A DNA stretch of 64,000 nucleotides from Bdellovibrio sp. ZAP7. GTDB taxonomy: Bacteria > Bdellovibrionota_B > Oligoflexia > Oligoflexales > RGVZ01. The notes below the pieces were generated by a model. It did no database searches and had not been told where the DNA came from. It saw only the letters and a list, made by a program, of their open reading frames with translations. Within the stretch, counting starts at the first letter, position 1. Each line of letters starts with the position of its first letter. Below, in pieces: positions 9,951 through 19,305 of this stretch. Made by a program: the position numbers and the translations under genes. The stretch is taken from contig CAMDKS010000001.1 of NCBI GenBank assembly GCA_945900755.1, positions 63,491 to 127,490 on the forward strand, in the 5' to 3' direction.

Positions 9951-10751
9951 TTAACTGTCTTTGATAGAAAAACGCAACCTTTGAACGCCACTACACGCCC
10001 CAGAATCTTCATTTATTTCAAAGAGCATTCCATAGAACCATAGATCATTTTTTGCAGGTTCAAAGTTTTTTCGTTCGCCAGTACGCATTCTTTGTACCGC
10101 TGACGCCGTATCCATTCCAATGACGCTATCGTAGGGGCCGGTCATGCCTAAATCTGTGACAAATCCAGTATGCTTTTTAAAGATCCGCTCGTCGATCGTT
10201 GGTACGTGACTATGGGTTCCATAGACGGCGGAAACACGCCCCGCTAAATATTGTCCGAGTCCCTGTTTTTCACTGGTGGCCTCGGCGTGTATGTCGAGGA
10301 TTCGCACCTTGCAATACGACGGCACTAACCCAAGCATTTTATCGGCCATATCATAAGGCGAAGAATTATCGCCCTTCATAAAGACTTTGCCAATCACGTT
10401 CATGACTGCAATCCGAACCCCGCCCTTTGTTTCCAACAGGCGCAGTCCCCTTGACGGCTCGTCTACATTATACATGTTTGCTGGTAAAACGATGCGAGGA
10501 TGATCTCTAAATTCATAGATGTCTTTTTTGTCCATCCAATGATTGCCGGTGGTGATGCAATCGATACCGAACGTTGGGCTGATCAACTCTTCAAAGAGCT
10601 TTTTGGTAATCCCAAAGCCGCCGGCAACATTTTCGCCGTTCATTATTACGAAGTCAGGTGAGAATTCCGCACGAGCGCGCTCAAGGCCTTTAATAAGGGC
10701 GAGTCGACCAGGTCGACCCATAACATCCCCAACCGCAAGAACTCTAATCAC
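9951..10751 (-). CDS. ymdB: YmdB/TIGR00282 metallophosphoesterase
   Basis: GDVMGRPG, NGEN, TTGNH, DIHAEATSEK, GTHSHV, DLGMTG; directly downstream of rny. Confidence 0.95.
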   Translation of the reverse strand: MIRVLAVGDVMGRPGRLALIKGLERARAEFSPDFVIMNGENVAGGFGITKKLFEELISPTFGIDCITTGNHWMDKKDIYEFRDHPRIVLPANMYNVDEPSRGLRLLETKGGVRIAVMNVIGKVFMKGDNSSPYDMADKMLGLVPSYCKVRILDIHAEATSEKQGLGQYLAGRVSAVYGTHSHVPTIDERIFKKHTGFVTDLGMTGPYDSVIGMDTASAVQRMRTGERKNFEPAKNDLWFYGMLFEINEDSGACSGVQRLRFSIKDS

Positions 10752-12307
10752 TTTGCATAATCCACAAATTTGGATTCGCGAATAACAGTCACTCTTACTT
10801 GGCCAGGAAAGGTAAGCGCCTGCCGCATTTTATGGGCAATACTGCTCGAAAGATTTGAGACCTCTTGATCGGATACTTCGGCAGGGTTAACGATGGCATG
10901 GACTTCGCGTCCTGCTTGGATCACAAAGGCCTCATTCACGCCGGGGAAATCCTTGGCAACTTTTTCCATTTCTGCAAGGCGTGTAACATAAGTTTCTAGA
11001 ATTTCTTTTCGAGCTCCGGGACGATTCGACGACAGGCTATTTGCAGCGTATAGGACCACTGCATAAGGCGTGACATTATTTAAATCCTCACGGTGATGGT
11101 GTCGAATGGCCTCAACCAGTTCTGCGGACTCCTGGTAACGAAGGCAGAAATCCGCACCAATATCGGCGTGATGACCCTCCGTTTCCTGATCGATCGCCTT
11201 GCCAATATCGTGCAGTAGGCCGCATCGTTTTGCTTTTTTTACATTTAAGCCGATTTCTCCGGCAATAATTCCACAGATGTGTGCCGTCTCGATGCTGTGT
11301 TGTAGCACGCTTTGCTGACCTGCGGTGCGGTACTTCAACTTTCCCAGTGCCATGACCAACTCGGGATGAAGATCGACGATGCCAGTGTCGAAACTAGCCT
11401 GCTCACCTTGTTCACGAATCACTAAATCAAATTCACTGATGACGCGTTTGACCGTTTCGTCAATGCGAGCAGGATGAATCCGTCCGTCGCCGATAAGGCG
11501 CTCGATCGTTAGTTTTGCAATTTCACGCCGCACAGGATTGAAACAAGAAATAATCACGGCCTCAGGCGTATCATCGATAATTAAATCGACGCCCGTTGCC
11601 TGTTCAATCGCTCGAATATTTCGGCCTTCACGCCCGATAATTCGTCCCTTCAGATCTTCACTTGGCAGGGTGACCACCGTAATCGTTGAGTCACTCACAT
11701 ACTCGCCACTAATGCGCTGAACCGCCAAGCTTACGACCGCTTTGGCACGCTTGTCAGCCTCTGCTTTGGCATCGGCCTCAATACGAGTTATCATGGCTTG
11801 AGCATCAGCTCTGGCCTGCGTTTCGAGAGTCTTAAGTAATTCTCGCTTGGCTTCCGCATGCGACATATTGGCGATGTTTTCGAGAGTTTTTCTAGTACTT
11901 AACAGAGAGGCTTCACACTCGACGCTAAGTTTTTGATAGTTGGCTTCTTCCGTTTGAGCCTTTTTGCTAAGTCCCTCTAGCTCTTGTTCCCGCTTGTCTA
12001 ATATCGCAAGCTTCTTTTCGATGGTTTCCTCGCGAGCCTTTAATTTTTGTTCAAGCTTTGTGACTTCGCCGCGGCGCAGACGAGCCTCATCTTCAAACGT
12101 CTGACGAGACTTGCGACTTTCTTCTTTGGCGTCTCGAAGTGAACCCTTAATCATATCATCCGCTTCACGACGAGCATCATCAAGGACACGCTTGGATTCG
12201 AGTCGCGCCTTTTCAAATGCGTGGGTTAGCTGCTTCTTGTGAAAAAATACACCTATGACCAGCACGCCAATTAGAATGCCAATAAAGGCTATCAGTAACA
12301 TCGTCAA
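10748..12307 (-). CDS. rny: Ribonuclease Y
   Basis: N-terminal TM segment, coiled coil, KH motif KGRIIGREGRNIR, LLHDIGKA, RPGAR; GGAGGA RBS 7 nt before TTG at 12307 (ATG at 12301 is an alternative). Confidence 0.95.
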   Translation of the reverse strand: MTMLLIAFIGILIGVLVIGVFFHKKQLTHAFEKARLESKRVLDDARREADDMIKGSLRDAKEESRKSRQTFEDEARLRRGEVTKLEQKLKAREETIEKKLAILDKREQELEGLSKKAQTEEANYQKLSVECEASLLSTRKTLENIANMSHAEAKRELLKTLETQARADAQAMITRIEADAKAEADKRAKAVVSLAVQRISGEYVSDSTITVVTLPSEDLKGRIIGREGRNIRAIEQATGVDLIIDDTPEAVIISCFNPVRREIAKLTIERLIGDGRIHPARIDETVKRVISEFDLVIREQGEQASFDTGIVDLHPELVMALGKLKYRTAGQQSVLQHSIETAHICGIIAGEIGLNVKKAKRCGLLHDIGKAIDQETEGHHADIGADFCLRYQESAELVEAIRHHHREDLNNVTPYAVVLYAANSLSSNRPGARKEILETYVTRLAEMEKVAKDFPGVNEAFVIQAGREVHAIVNPAEVSDQEVSNLSSSIAHKMRQALTFPGQVRVTVIRESKFVDYAK

Positions 12308-12493
12308 AGCAATATCCTCCAGCTCACAACAAGGCGAGCGTTCGTTCCGTGAAATAAATATAAACCAGCGCATCCAAATACTTCGGTCAAGTCTGCTATC
12401 ATACTCACCAAAGTAGGGGTAGGGATACGCTAAAATTCATTCTCCAGCAAAAGCCTGGGGCACGTGGCGTAGATTGGCTCAGCGTGCCAAAGT

Positions 12494-12530
12494 AAAAACA
12501 CCCAAACCCCATGAAGGGTGGGTGTTTTTT
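12494..12530. terminator. Rho-independent, probably bidirectional terminator after pal
   Basis: AAAAACACCC..ACCC-loop-GGGT.GGGTGTTTTTT hairpin with A/T tracts on both sides. Confidence 0.8.
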
Positions 12531-12556
12531 AATGCAGAGGAATCGTCAGGAAACGA

Positions 12557-13042
12557 TTAGTTCTTTGTGACTACAAATTCAGCACGACGGTTCTTAACCC
12601 ACTCGGACTCAGTGTGGCCAGGAACAACCGCTTTTTCTTCGCCGTAGCTGATGGTCGAGAGACGAGCTCCCTCAACGCCTTGCTGGGTAAGGAAGTTCTT
12701 TACAGATTGTGCGCGGCGCTCGCCTAGAGCTAGATTGTACTCTACAGTTCCGCGCTCATCACAGTGACCTTCGATTTGAACAACGGCACTTTTATTAGCC
12801 TTTAGAGCTTCGGACATAGCTGAAAGCGTGCTTTGTGCCTCAGAAGTAAGGGTATAGTCGTCAAAGCCGAAATAGATGGGAGTTGTTACTAAATTGGCAG
12901 AAGTGTCAGCGACTGGTGCAACTGGGGTTTCTGTGGTTGGTGCAGCCACAGGCTCAACGACTTTTTTCTTGTCGTCTGTACAGGAGTTTAGGGACATAGA
13001 AGCAATGACGACGGACAAGAGCAAGCTGGACTTCAAAAACAT
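12557..13042 (-). CDS. pal: Peptidoglycan-associated lipoprotein
   Basis: Lipobox LNSC, IYFGFD, IEGHCDERGTVEYNLALGERRA, SYGEE, NRRAEF. Confidence 0.95.
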   Translation of the reverse strand: MFLKSSLLLSVVIASMSLNSCTDDKKKVVEPVAAPTTETPVAPVADTSANLVTTPIYFGFDDYTLTSEAQSTLSAMSEALKANKSAVVQIEGHCDERGTVEYNLALGERRAQSVKNFLTQQGVEGARLSTISYGEEKAVVPGHTESEWVKNRRAEFVVTKN

Positions 13043-13238
13043 GGGTGTCTCCTCAATTTTAAGACTCGAATAAATGATTAGTTACGACACGTTCTCCTAA
13101 TTAAAGAACGTACTATAAACTGTGACGACTCACTTTGCCTATGCTCTTGCAAAATTGCAAGCACTCCGTAAGAAAATTAACGATATATCGTCGAATTTTT
13201 TTGGGATGGGTGGCTGCACCGTGCTCTGGCGAAGGCGT

Positions 13239-14699
13239 TCAGGTGTTCATCTTTAAAGCATCGAGTAATTTGTACTGAATTCCCGAAAAACTTCCAGCCG
13301 ACATAAAAATAATGGCGTCGCCTCCACGAATATTTGCAATCATTTTGCTCAGAAGCTCATCATTTGAATTGAACGCATAGGCCTTGCCACCGATTTCCTT
13401 GGCGAGGTCGGCCGTGCTCATTCTTTCGGCGACCGGGATTCTCTGGTCCTCGGAGCACGGTCCTATATAGATAGCGTCGGCAAGCCCCAATTTTTTGACG
13501 TAATCCTTTTGAAATATATTTCTGCGACTGGTGGCATTCTTCGGTTCAAAGGCAACATGTAATTTGCGTTTCGGGTAAACGGCTTTAAAGCCCTCTATGA
13601 CCAGCCCTACAGCGGTCGGGTGATGAGCAAAATCTTCAAACACGTCTATGTCACCAGCATTACCTAAGTGATCTAATCGTCGCGCAACACTTTTAAACGA
13701 GGCAATGGCCTCTGCAAGATCTGCGCTCTTAACGGGTTCAATAAATCCACCAGCCGAAAGGCTTTCTACCGTTGCGATCACTTGAGTAATATTGGCCAGC
13801 ATGTGCGTGCCCGAAAGGGTTGTCTCAATTTTTAGTTCGCCCCAGGTTTTCGTATGGACGGAGGCCGTCCAAAGTTGCGTTCCACGATTTTTTTCTTTGG
13901 CCTCCCATTTCCCAAGCCAAACGTCGGCGGTTTTATCCTGCCCCGTGGTGGAAACTTTTACGACGCGGGCAAGAGGGGTGATGCGACTAAATATATTTTT
14001 CACACGCAGGTCATCCCAGTTTGCCATGATCGCCCCACCTTTTGGGACCAGAGCCGTTACCTTGTCAAACTGTGCCTCTATGGCCTCAACCGTCGCATAA
14101 ATATCAGCGTGATCGTACTCGATATTATTCAAGACTAAATGGTGAGGGTGGTAGTGAAGAAATTTTGGACCCTTATCAAAAAAGGCCGTGTCGTATTCAT
14201 CGCCCTCGATCACAAAAGTAGATCCTGAGCCTAGGCGAAAGCTGCGGGGGAAGTTGTGTGGAATTCCACCAATGACAAACCCTGGATCTTCTCCTAGTTC
14301 AAATAGCACGTGAGCCATCAAGGACGCCGTCGTTGTTTTTCCGTGTGTGCCCGTTACGACGATACCCACGCGCTTTGAGAGCACCTCGTCGCCCGTCAAT
14401 TTTGGGAAACTCGTGTATGGAATTCCACTGCGCAAAAGGGCTTCTAGTTCCACATGTCCCCGAGAAAGAGCGTTGGCAACGACCACGAGGTCTGGTTTGG
14501 CTGACGCCAAATTTTCAGCCGCATAGGGCGTCATCACCGTAATTTTCAACTCTTCGAGCATGGTAGACATCGGAGGGTACATGGCGCCGTCACTGCCAAC
14601 AATTTTATACCCAGCCTCTTGACATAGGCCTGCAACTGCCGCCATTCCGGTACCACCGATTCCCATAAAATAAATGGTCGAGCCTTTTTTAATTTCCAT
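13239..14699 (-). CDS. mpl: UDP-MurNAc:tripeptide ligase (murein peptide ligase)
   Basis: GIGGTGM, YPPMS, GTHGKTTT, EGDEYDTAFFDK, DHADIY, DFAHHPTA. Confidence 0.93.
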   Translation of the reverse strand: MEIKKGSTIYFMGIGGTGMAAVAGLCQEAGYKIVGSDGAMYPPMSTMLEELKITVMTPYAAENLASAKPDLVVVANALSRGHVELEALLRSGIPYTSFPKLTGDEVLSKRVGIVVTGTHGKTTTASLMAHVLFELGEDPGFVIGGIPHNFPRSFRLGSGSTFVIEGDEYDTAFFDKGPKFLHYHPHHLVLNNIEYDHADIYATVEAIEAQFDKVTALVPKGGAIMANWDDLRVKNIFSRITPLARVVKVSTTGQDKTADVWLGKWEAKEKNRGTQLWTASVHTKTWGELKIETTLSGTHMLANITQVIATVESLSAGGFIEPVKSADLAEAIASFKSVARRLDHLGNAGDIDVFEDFAHHPTAVGLVIEGFKAVYPKRKLHVAFEPKNATSRRNIFQKDYVKKLGLADAIYIGPCSEDQRIPVAERMSTADLAKEIGGKAYAFNSNDELLSKMIANIRGGDAIIFMSAGSFSGIQYKLLDALKMNT

Positions 14700-14761
14700 T
14701 TAGCGTTCCTCATTATTCTTTAGAGTCAAAAATCAATTGGTTCTAGGATCTTCCTCAATCG

Positions 14762-15688
14762 TTACACATTGGCTGGAACGCCGGTAATGTCCCATTCCAG
14801 AGTGGAGGCGGACTGATTTGGTGGCGCATTCGCCGTAATTTTTGCGACCGATCCAATCACCAGCGGAAAATTGGGAGACACATGTCCAAAATCGGGAGAG
14901 GTAAATATGGGAATTTGGTAACGTCGAAAAATCTCCTCACTTAAAATGGGGGCCGAGTCTGGCAAACCGCCACCGAGCTCACTAAAGGAGCCCAGTACCA
15001 GGCCGCGAACTCCTTTTAAAAGCTCTGCCTGCTGCCACTGATTTAACATTCTCATGATTCGGCCAGGATTTTCGCCGATGTCCTCAAAAAAGAGGATAAA
15101 GCCCGCAAAACTCTTTGGCAGATAGGGCGTTCCTATGAGAGACGTCAATACGGACAAGCACCCGCCAAACAACACACCACTGTCCACCGCTTTCGGGCTG
15201 CCTAAAACAGGCGTAACGGCGATTTTGCCCAGAGAGGTTTTTCCACAAACGAGATTTAGAAGTTGCGTGACATCCTCTGTACCAGATTTCTTCCAGGTCA
15301 CCGTCGCGGGCATCGGACCATGAATAGAGAGCCGTCCTGTTTTGGTGAACAGTGCCGCTTGTGCCGCACACACATCACTAAACCCGATGATTGGCTTATT
15401 TTTAGCTTTTTTCACTTGTTCCCACGGGACCAAATCTAGGAGATCACTGGCACCATAGCCTCCGCGGGCCCACATCACAGCGTCACTTTCGGGCTCGAGT
15501 AAGGCTTTATTGAGTGCGTTAGACCGATCAAGGATGCTGCCTGCCGTCCAGGACCAGCTTTCGTTTGGCGTGAGGTCGTCAAAAAGGACTTGCAGGCCTG
15601 CGGCTTCCAATTCCTTGATACGCAAGCTCAAAAGCCCCTCACGATCGAGACTTGATGCCTTTATAATTCGAATAGATTTCACGTCCAT
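14762..15688 (-). CDS. ldcA: LD-carboxypeptidase (peptidase S66)
   Basis: RGGYG, GFSD (Ser), HGP, GGCL, EDIGE (Glu), FGH (His). Confidence 0.9.
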   Translation of the reverse strand: MDVKSIRIIKASSLDREGLLSLRIKELEAAGLQVLFDDLTPNESWSWTAGSILDRSNALNKALLEPESDAVMWARGGYGASDLLDLVPWEQVKKAKNKPIIGFSDVCAAQAALFTKTGRLSIHGPMPATVTWKKSGTEDVTQLLNLVCGKTSLGKIAVTPVLGSPKAVDSGVLFGGCLSVLTSLIGTPYLPKSFAGFILFFEDIGENPGRIMRMLNQWQQAELLKGVRGLVLGSFSELGGGLPDSAPILSEEIFRRYQIPIFTSPDFGHVSPNFPLVIGSVAKITANAPPNQSASTLEWDITGVPANV

Positions 15689-15870
15689 GTGAAAACAAAA
15701 CTCCCAGTATTGACCAGTCTATGAAACAATAAATGCAGCAATGAATGAAACGTCGTGCGTAAAGCATCGCACAGTTCTATCATTGTACCAAGACTCGGTC
15801 CAAAGTGTGTCATATAAATTAACAGTAAATCGAAGAAGTCACCAGAAGTCACAAGAACGGAGCCATACCG

Positions 15871-17295
15871 ATGACGTTGGAGCAGAAATCAAAGTTGTTG
15901 GCCTTGACCTCGGGCGTGGTCAGAGATGCCCTGCGTGGAAAAGCCAAAGTAGTGGCGCCAAAATTTAACGAAAACCGTCCCCTAGGCAAAGTTTCCACGG
16001 ATTCTAGGACGACCAGTGTGGGTGATTTATTTGTAGCTCTCAAGGGCGAGTCGTTTGATGGTCATGATTATATTGCTCAAGCCGTACAAAAGGGTGCCGT
16101 CGCCGTGCTGTGTGAAAAATATCCAGCCGATGCAATCCAAGACGGAATAGACATTTTTTTGGTGGCAGATGCTCTCGACAGCTTTCGCCGGCTTGCGAGT
16201 CAGTGGCGGGAGCTTGTGGATCCGACCGTGATTGCCGTAGCAGGAAGCGTTGGAAAAACCACCACAAAAGATCTGCTGGCCGCCATCCTGTCCAAAAAAA
16301 GTAGTCATCTAGTGTGGACGAAGGGTAGCCAAAATGGATTCATCGGATTGGCCATGACCCTGATGGAGATTAAGGCTGAAACCGAAGTCGCCGTTATAGA
16401 AGTTGGCATCGATGCTCCCGGAGCCATGATCCAGCACATTGACGTGGTCCGCCCAGAGGTGTCCCTTGTAACCGCAATTTCTGAAGAACATCTTGAGTGG
16501 CTTATAGACCTCAAGACCATTGCTCGAGAAGAAAATTTGATATTAGAGGAAACGGCCCGGGCAGGCGGCACTAGTATTATAAATCTAGATGATCCGTGGA
16601 TTGCTCCGTTAATGGAGTCCATAAAGGAGACCGGAAAAATAGGTTTTACATTGAACGGCAGCCCTGGCCCACAAACGGTGTCGGGAAAATTAACGGGTAG
16701 CGTTTTAGAAATTGAGGGCCTTGGCCGCAAAAAGTTTTCGGTCGAGTGTCCCTTGCCTGGAGAACACAATGCCAGAAATCTGTTGGGCGCGATCGCTGCG
16801 GCACTCGTGGTCGGAGTGAGTCCCGAGGATATCAAACTAGGCTTGTCCTCTTTTGTGTCGAGTGGCGGCAGAAGTCAACTGGAGACCCTTAAATCTGGGG
16901 TCAAGGTTTTGTGTGATTTCTATAACGCAAACCCAGCAAGCATGAGGGCTGCATTTAAGGTGGCTGCAGACGGCCGAAATAAATCTGGGGTCATCTGGCT
17001 TTGTCTTGCTGACATGAAAGAGCTGGGCGAGGCAGAGGAGACACTTCACCGTGGCCTTGCCGCCGACATCGCAGGAATTCCTGGCGACGTTCGACTGATG
17101 CTCTACGGTGAAAGAATGAAGTGGCTCAGTGCAGAGCTTGCAGCCTTGGCACCTAGAATCAAAATCACACAATTTTTATCGCAAGAATTAATGGCTGCAG
17201 GTATGAAGGCTAGTCTTAAGCCTGAGGACTTTATCGTGATTAAAGGCTCTCGCTCAATGCGCATGGAAAAAGTTTGGGAAAGCCTTAAGGCTTAA
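15871..17295 (+). CDS. murF: UDP-MurNAc-tripeptide--D-Ala-D-Ala ligase
   Basis: STDSR, LFVALKGESFDGHDY, GSVGKTTTK, DFYNANPASM, MKELG, KGSR. Confidence 0.93.
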   Translation: MTLEQKSKLLALTSGVVRDALRGKAKVVAPKFNENRPLGKVSTDSRTTSVGDLFVALKGESFDGHDYIAQAVQKGAVAVLCEKYPADAIQDGIDIFLVADALDSFRRLASQWRELVDPTVIAVAGSVGKTTTKDLLAAILSKKSSHLVWTKGSQNGFIGLAMTLMEIKAETEVAVIEVGIDAPGAMIQHIDVVRPEVSLVTAISEEHLEWLIDLKTIAREENLILEETARAGGTSIINLDDPWIAPLMESIKETGKIGFTLNGSPGPQTVSGKLTGSVLEIEGLGRKKFSVECPLPGEHNARNLLGAIAAALVVGVSPEDIKLGLSSFVSSGGRSQLETLKSGVKVLCDFYNANPASMRAAFKVAADGRNKSGVIWLCLADMKELGEAEETLHRGLAADIAGIPGDVRLMLYGERMKWLSAELAALAPRIKITQFLSQELMAAGMKASLKPEDFIVIKGSRSMRMEKVWESLKA

Positions 17296-19283
17296 TCGGT
17301 TGATTTTGCACCAGAATACAATAGTTGAAGCCAGGCACGGTACCTCGTAGCGGCGAGCCAAGGGCGAGTGGGTGTCTCGGGGATATGGCCTCCGAGTACT
17401 TTTTCTTTGGGAAGTTTTAAGCCGTCCTCGGGCAAAAATAAATACTGATTCAAATCACTAGAGATCGTCCAAGGACTCTTTTGAAATAATGGAGCATCCA
17501 TAAAAACGCCGTCATTTATCGTGCGGATCTTTAATTTTTGATCTTTTGTGACGTAACTCAAATTTGGTTCGGCAAAATACGCTAGAAACGGTGCAATTTG
17601 ATTCTGTGCGGTAAATTCCCCAACAACGGCGGGTAGGCGTCCTTCCCGGCGAAGCGTTTCAATGATCCCACCAGTAACGGTGACGGAAACATGAGACAAC
17701 AAACGCTCCCACTTCAGGGCGTCATTTTTATAGTGATCCTCCCAAGGGATTTCTAAATTGCCGTGATCTCCAGCCACGACGAATATCGAACCCTCCCATA
17801 AATTTTTTTCTTTCATGCGCTTAACAAATAAATCTAGTGACTCGTCGAAATACTTTATAGTTCTTTGGGCCGGATGCTCGGCAACGAAATTTTTGGTTTC
17901 AATGGAAGCATCCGTAGGCACTGTCCAAGGAATGTGGTTGGTGACCGAGAGAATCATCGGCATCAGGGTTTTGACGCCTTCGACTTGGGACAAATCTCCG
18001 AGAATTCCTGCAGATTTATCAAAGAGAGCCAGGTCACTGATGCCCCACCCCGTGGACGGCGTATTGGATGGATAATCGGTCCTTGTCACCATTTGCGAGA
18101 CACCTTGATGGGTCCAAAATGCCAACTGGCTGTCAAATTGTTGGTCGCCACCATGCAGCCAAACTGTGCGAATACTTTTGGAGTCGCGATACAAAGTTGG
18201 AAGACATTTAATATTTACATCTGGAAACGACCGCATGAGCGAGGTGTCAGTGGCCGAAGGCGTTCCACACCACGTGGCCTCTTGACCGCCGCGCGTCACC
18301 GGTCCTGAGCTGTACACTTGCGTAAAACGTACTCCAGAACTCTGAAGCTGATCCAAATAGGGCGTGATCGACTGGCCGTCGCGGGCCCGTTTTCCGGTGT
18401 CAGTATCTCTCAGAGATTCCGAAAGAATGAGCCCCAAAACGATGGTATGCTTCTTGGCGCGAAGACGTTCGACCTCTGCACCGATGATGCCGAGATAGTC
18501 TTGGTTGGCGGCAGAATTAGAAGTGGATAAAGACACAGGTTGGTTGATGGTGGTGGCTTGCTTGACAAAGAGGAGGTTGGTTGCGCCAGATAATTGCTCA
18601 AACCTAGCTGACTCTGCGCTCGAGACAGCTTTCAAGGTCGGTTTTTTACCGAGATTTGAATAGAGAGACTCAAGATAATTAGCCTGAAGTGGTTCCACGA
18701 CAAACCAATTGATGCGGTAGCGAATGTTTAGCATGTGCCCGATACTAGCCAAAACCACAACGGCCATCAGTTTCGTTGTGAGTGCTCGTTTTTTTCTTAT
18801 AACGGACCCCCGCTGCAGCCAAACTACCAGCGCCACAGAGAGGGCCAAAATATAGAGTGAGGTCGGACCAAACATGCTTGTGCCATTGGCTGAAATAAAA
18901 GCTTTATCGGTCATATAGGTCAAATGAAACGGAATGATTTGGAATTTAAAAAATTCCACATAACCTTGATGCCCTGCCGTCGCGCCGCCTATGATTAGGA
19001 TCAATAACGATCCCAAATACTTTTGGAGGGCACGATTGCGCGTGCTCGGATAATATTCACAAATCCAAAACGGCAGTGAGAGCAGGGCTGCTGCCCAAAT
19101 ATCACTCAAAATACCGGTCACGCCTGTGCGCCACAACGTGCTGAATTGACTATTTAATTCAGTCGCATACTGCTCCGACAATACGCCCCACGCCACGATT
19201 CGGTGGAGCACGAAAATCAGGGTCAGAGAGATAAATATTTTTAATGTTCGAATCATGGGATTGACGATACCATGATGTGTCAC
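17292..19283 (-). CDS. LTA-synthase family / sulfatase-like membrane protein
   Basis: About 5 N-terminal TM segments, ILSESL, TPYLD, Thr nucleophile region VTRGGQ, SVTNHIP, YFD, GDHG. Confidence 0.85.
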   Translation of the reverse strand: MTHHGIVNPMIRTLKIFISLTLIFVLHRIVAWGVLSEQYATELNSQFSTLWRTGVTGILSDIWAAALLSLPFWICEYYPSTRNRALQKYLGSLLILIIGGATAGHQGYVEFFKFQIIPFHLTYMTDKAFISANGTSMFGPTSLYILALSVALVVWLQRGSVIRKKRALTTKLMAVVVLASIGHMLNIRYRINWFVVEPLQANYLESLYSNLGKKPTLKAVSSAESARFEQLSGATNLLFVKQATTINQPVSLSTSNSAANQDYLGIIGAEVERLRAKKHTIVLGLILSESLRDTDTGKRARDGQSITPYLDQLQSSGVRFTQVYSSGPVTRGGQEATWCGTPSATDTSLMRSFPDVNIKCLPTLYRDSKSIRTVWLHGGDQQFDSQLAFWTHQGVSQMVTRTDYPSNTPSTGWGISDLALFDKSAGILGDLSQVEGVKTLMPMILSVTNHIPWTVPTDASIETKNFVAEHPAQRTIKYFDESLDLFVKRMKEKNLWEGSIFVVAGDHGNLEIPWEDHYKNDALKWERLLSHVSVTVTGGIIETLRREGRLPAVVGEFTAQNQIAPFLAYFAEPNLSYVTKDQKLKIRTINDGVFMDAPLFQKSPWTISSDLNQYLFLPEDGLKLPKEKVLGGHIPETPTRPWLAATRYRAWLQLLYSGAKSTD

Positions 19284-19305
19284 AGAATTAACAGAGGGTT
19301 ATTGA

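Noticed and set aside
12310..12490. 6S RNA or other ncRNA upstream of rny
   Set aside because: Only short inverted repeats; no long rod with central bubble and no zapA/ygfA context
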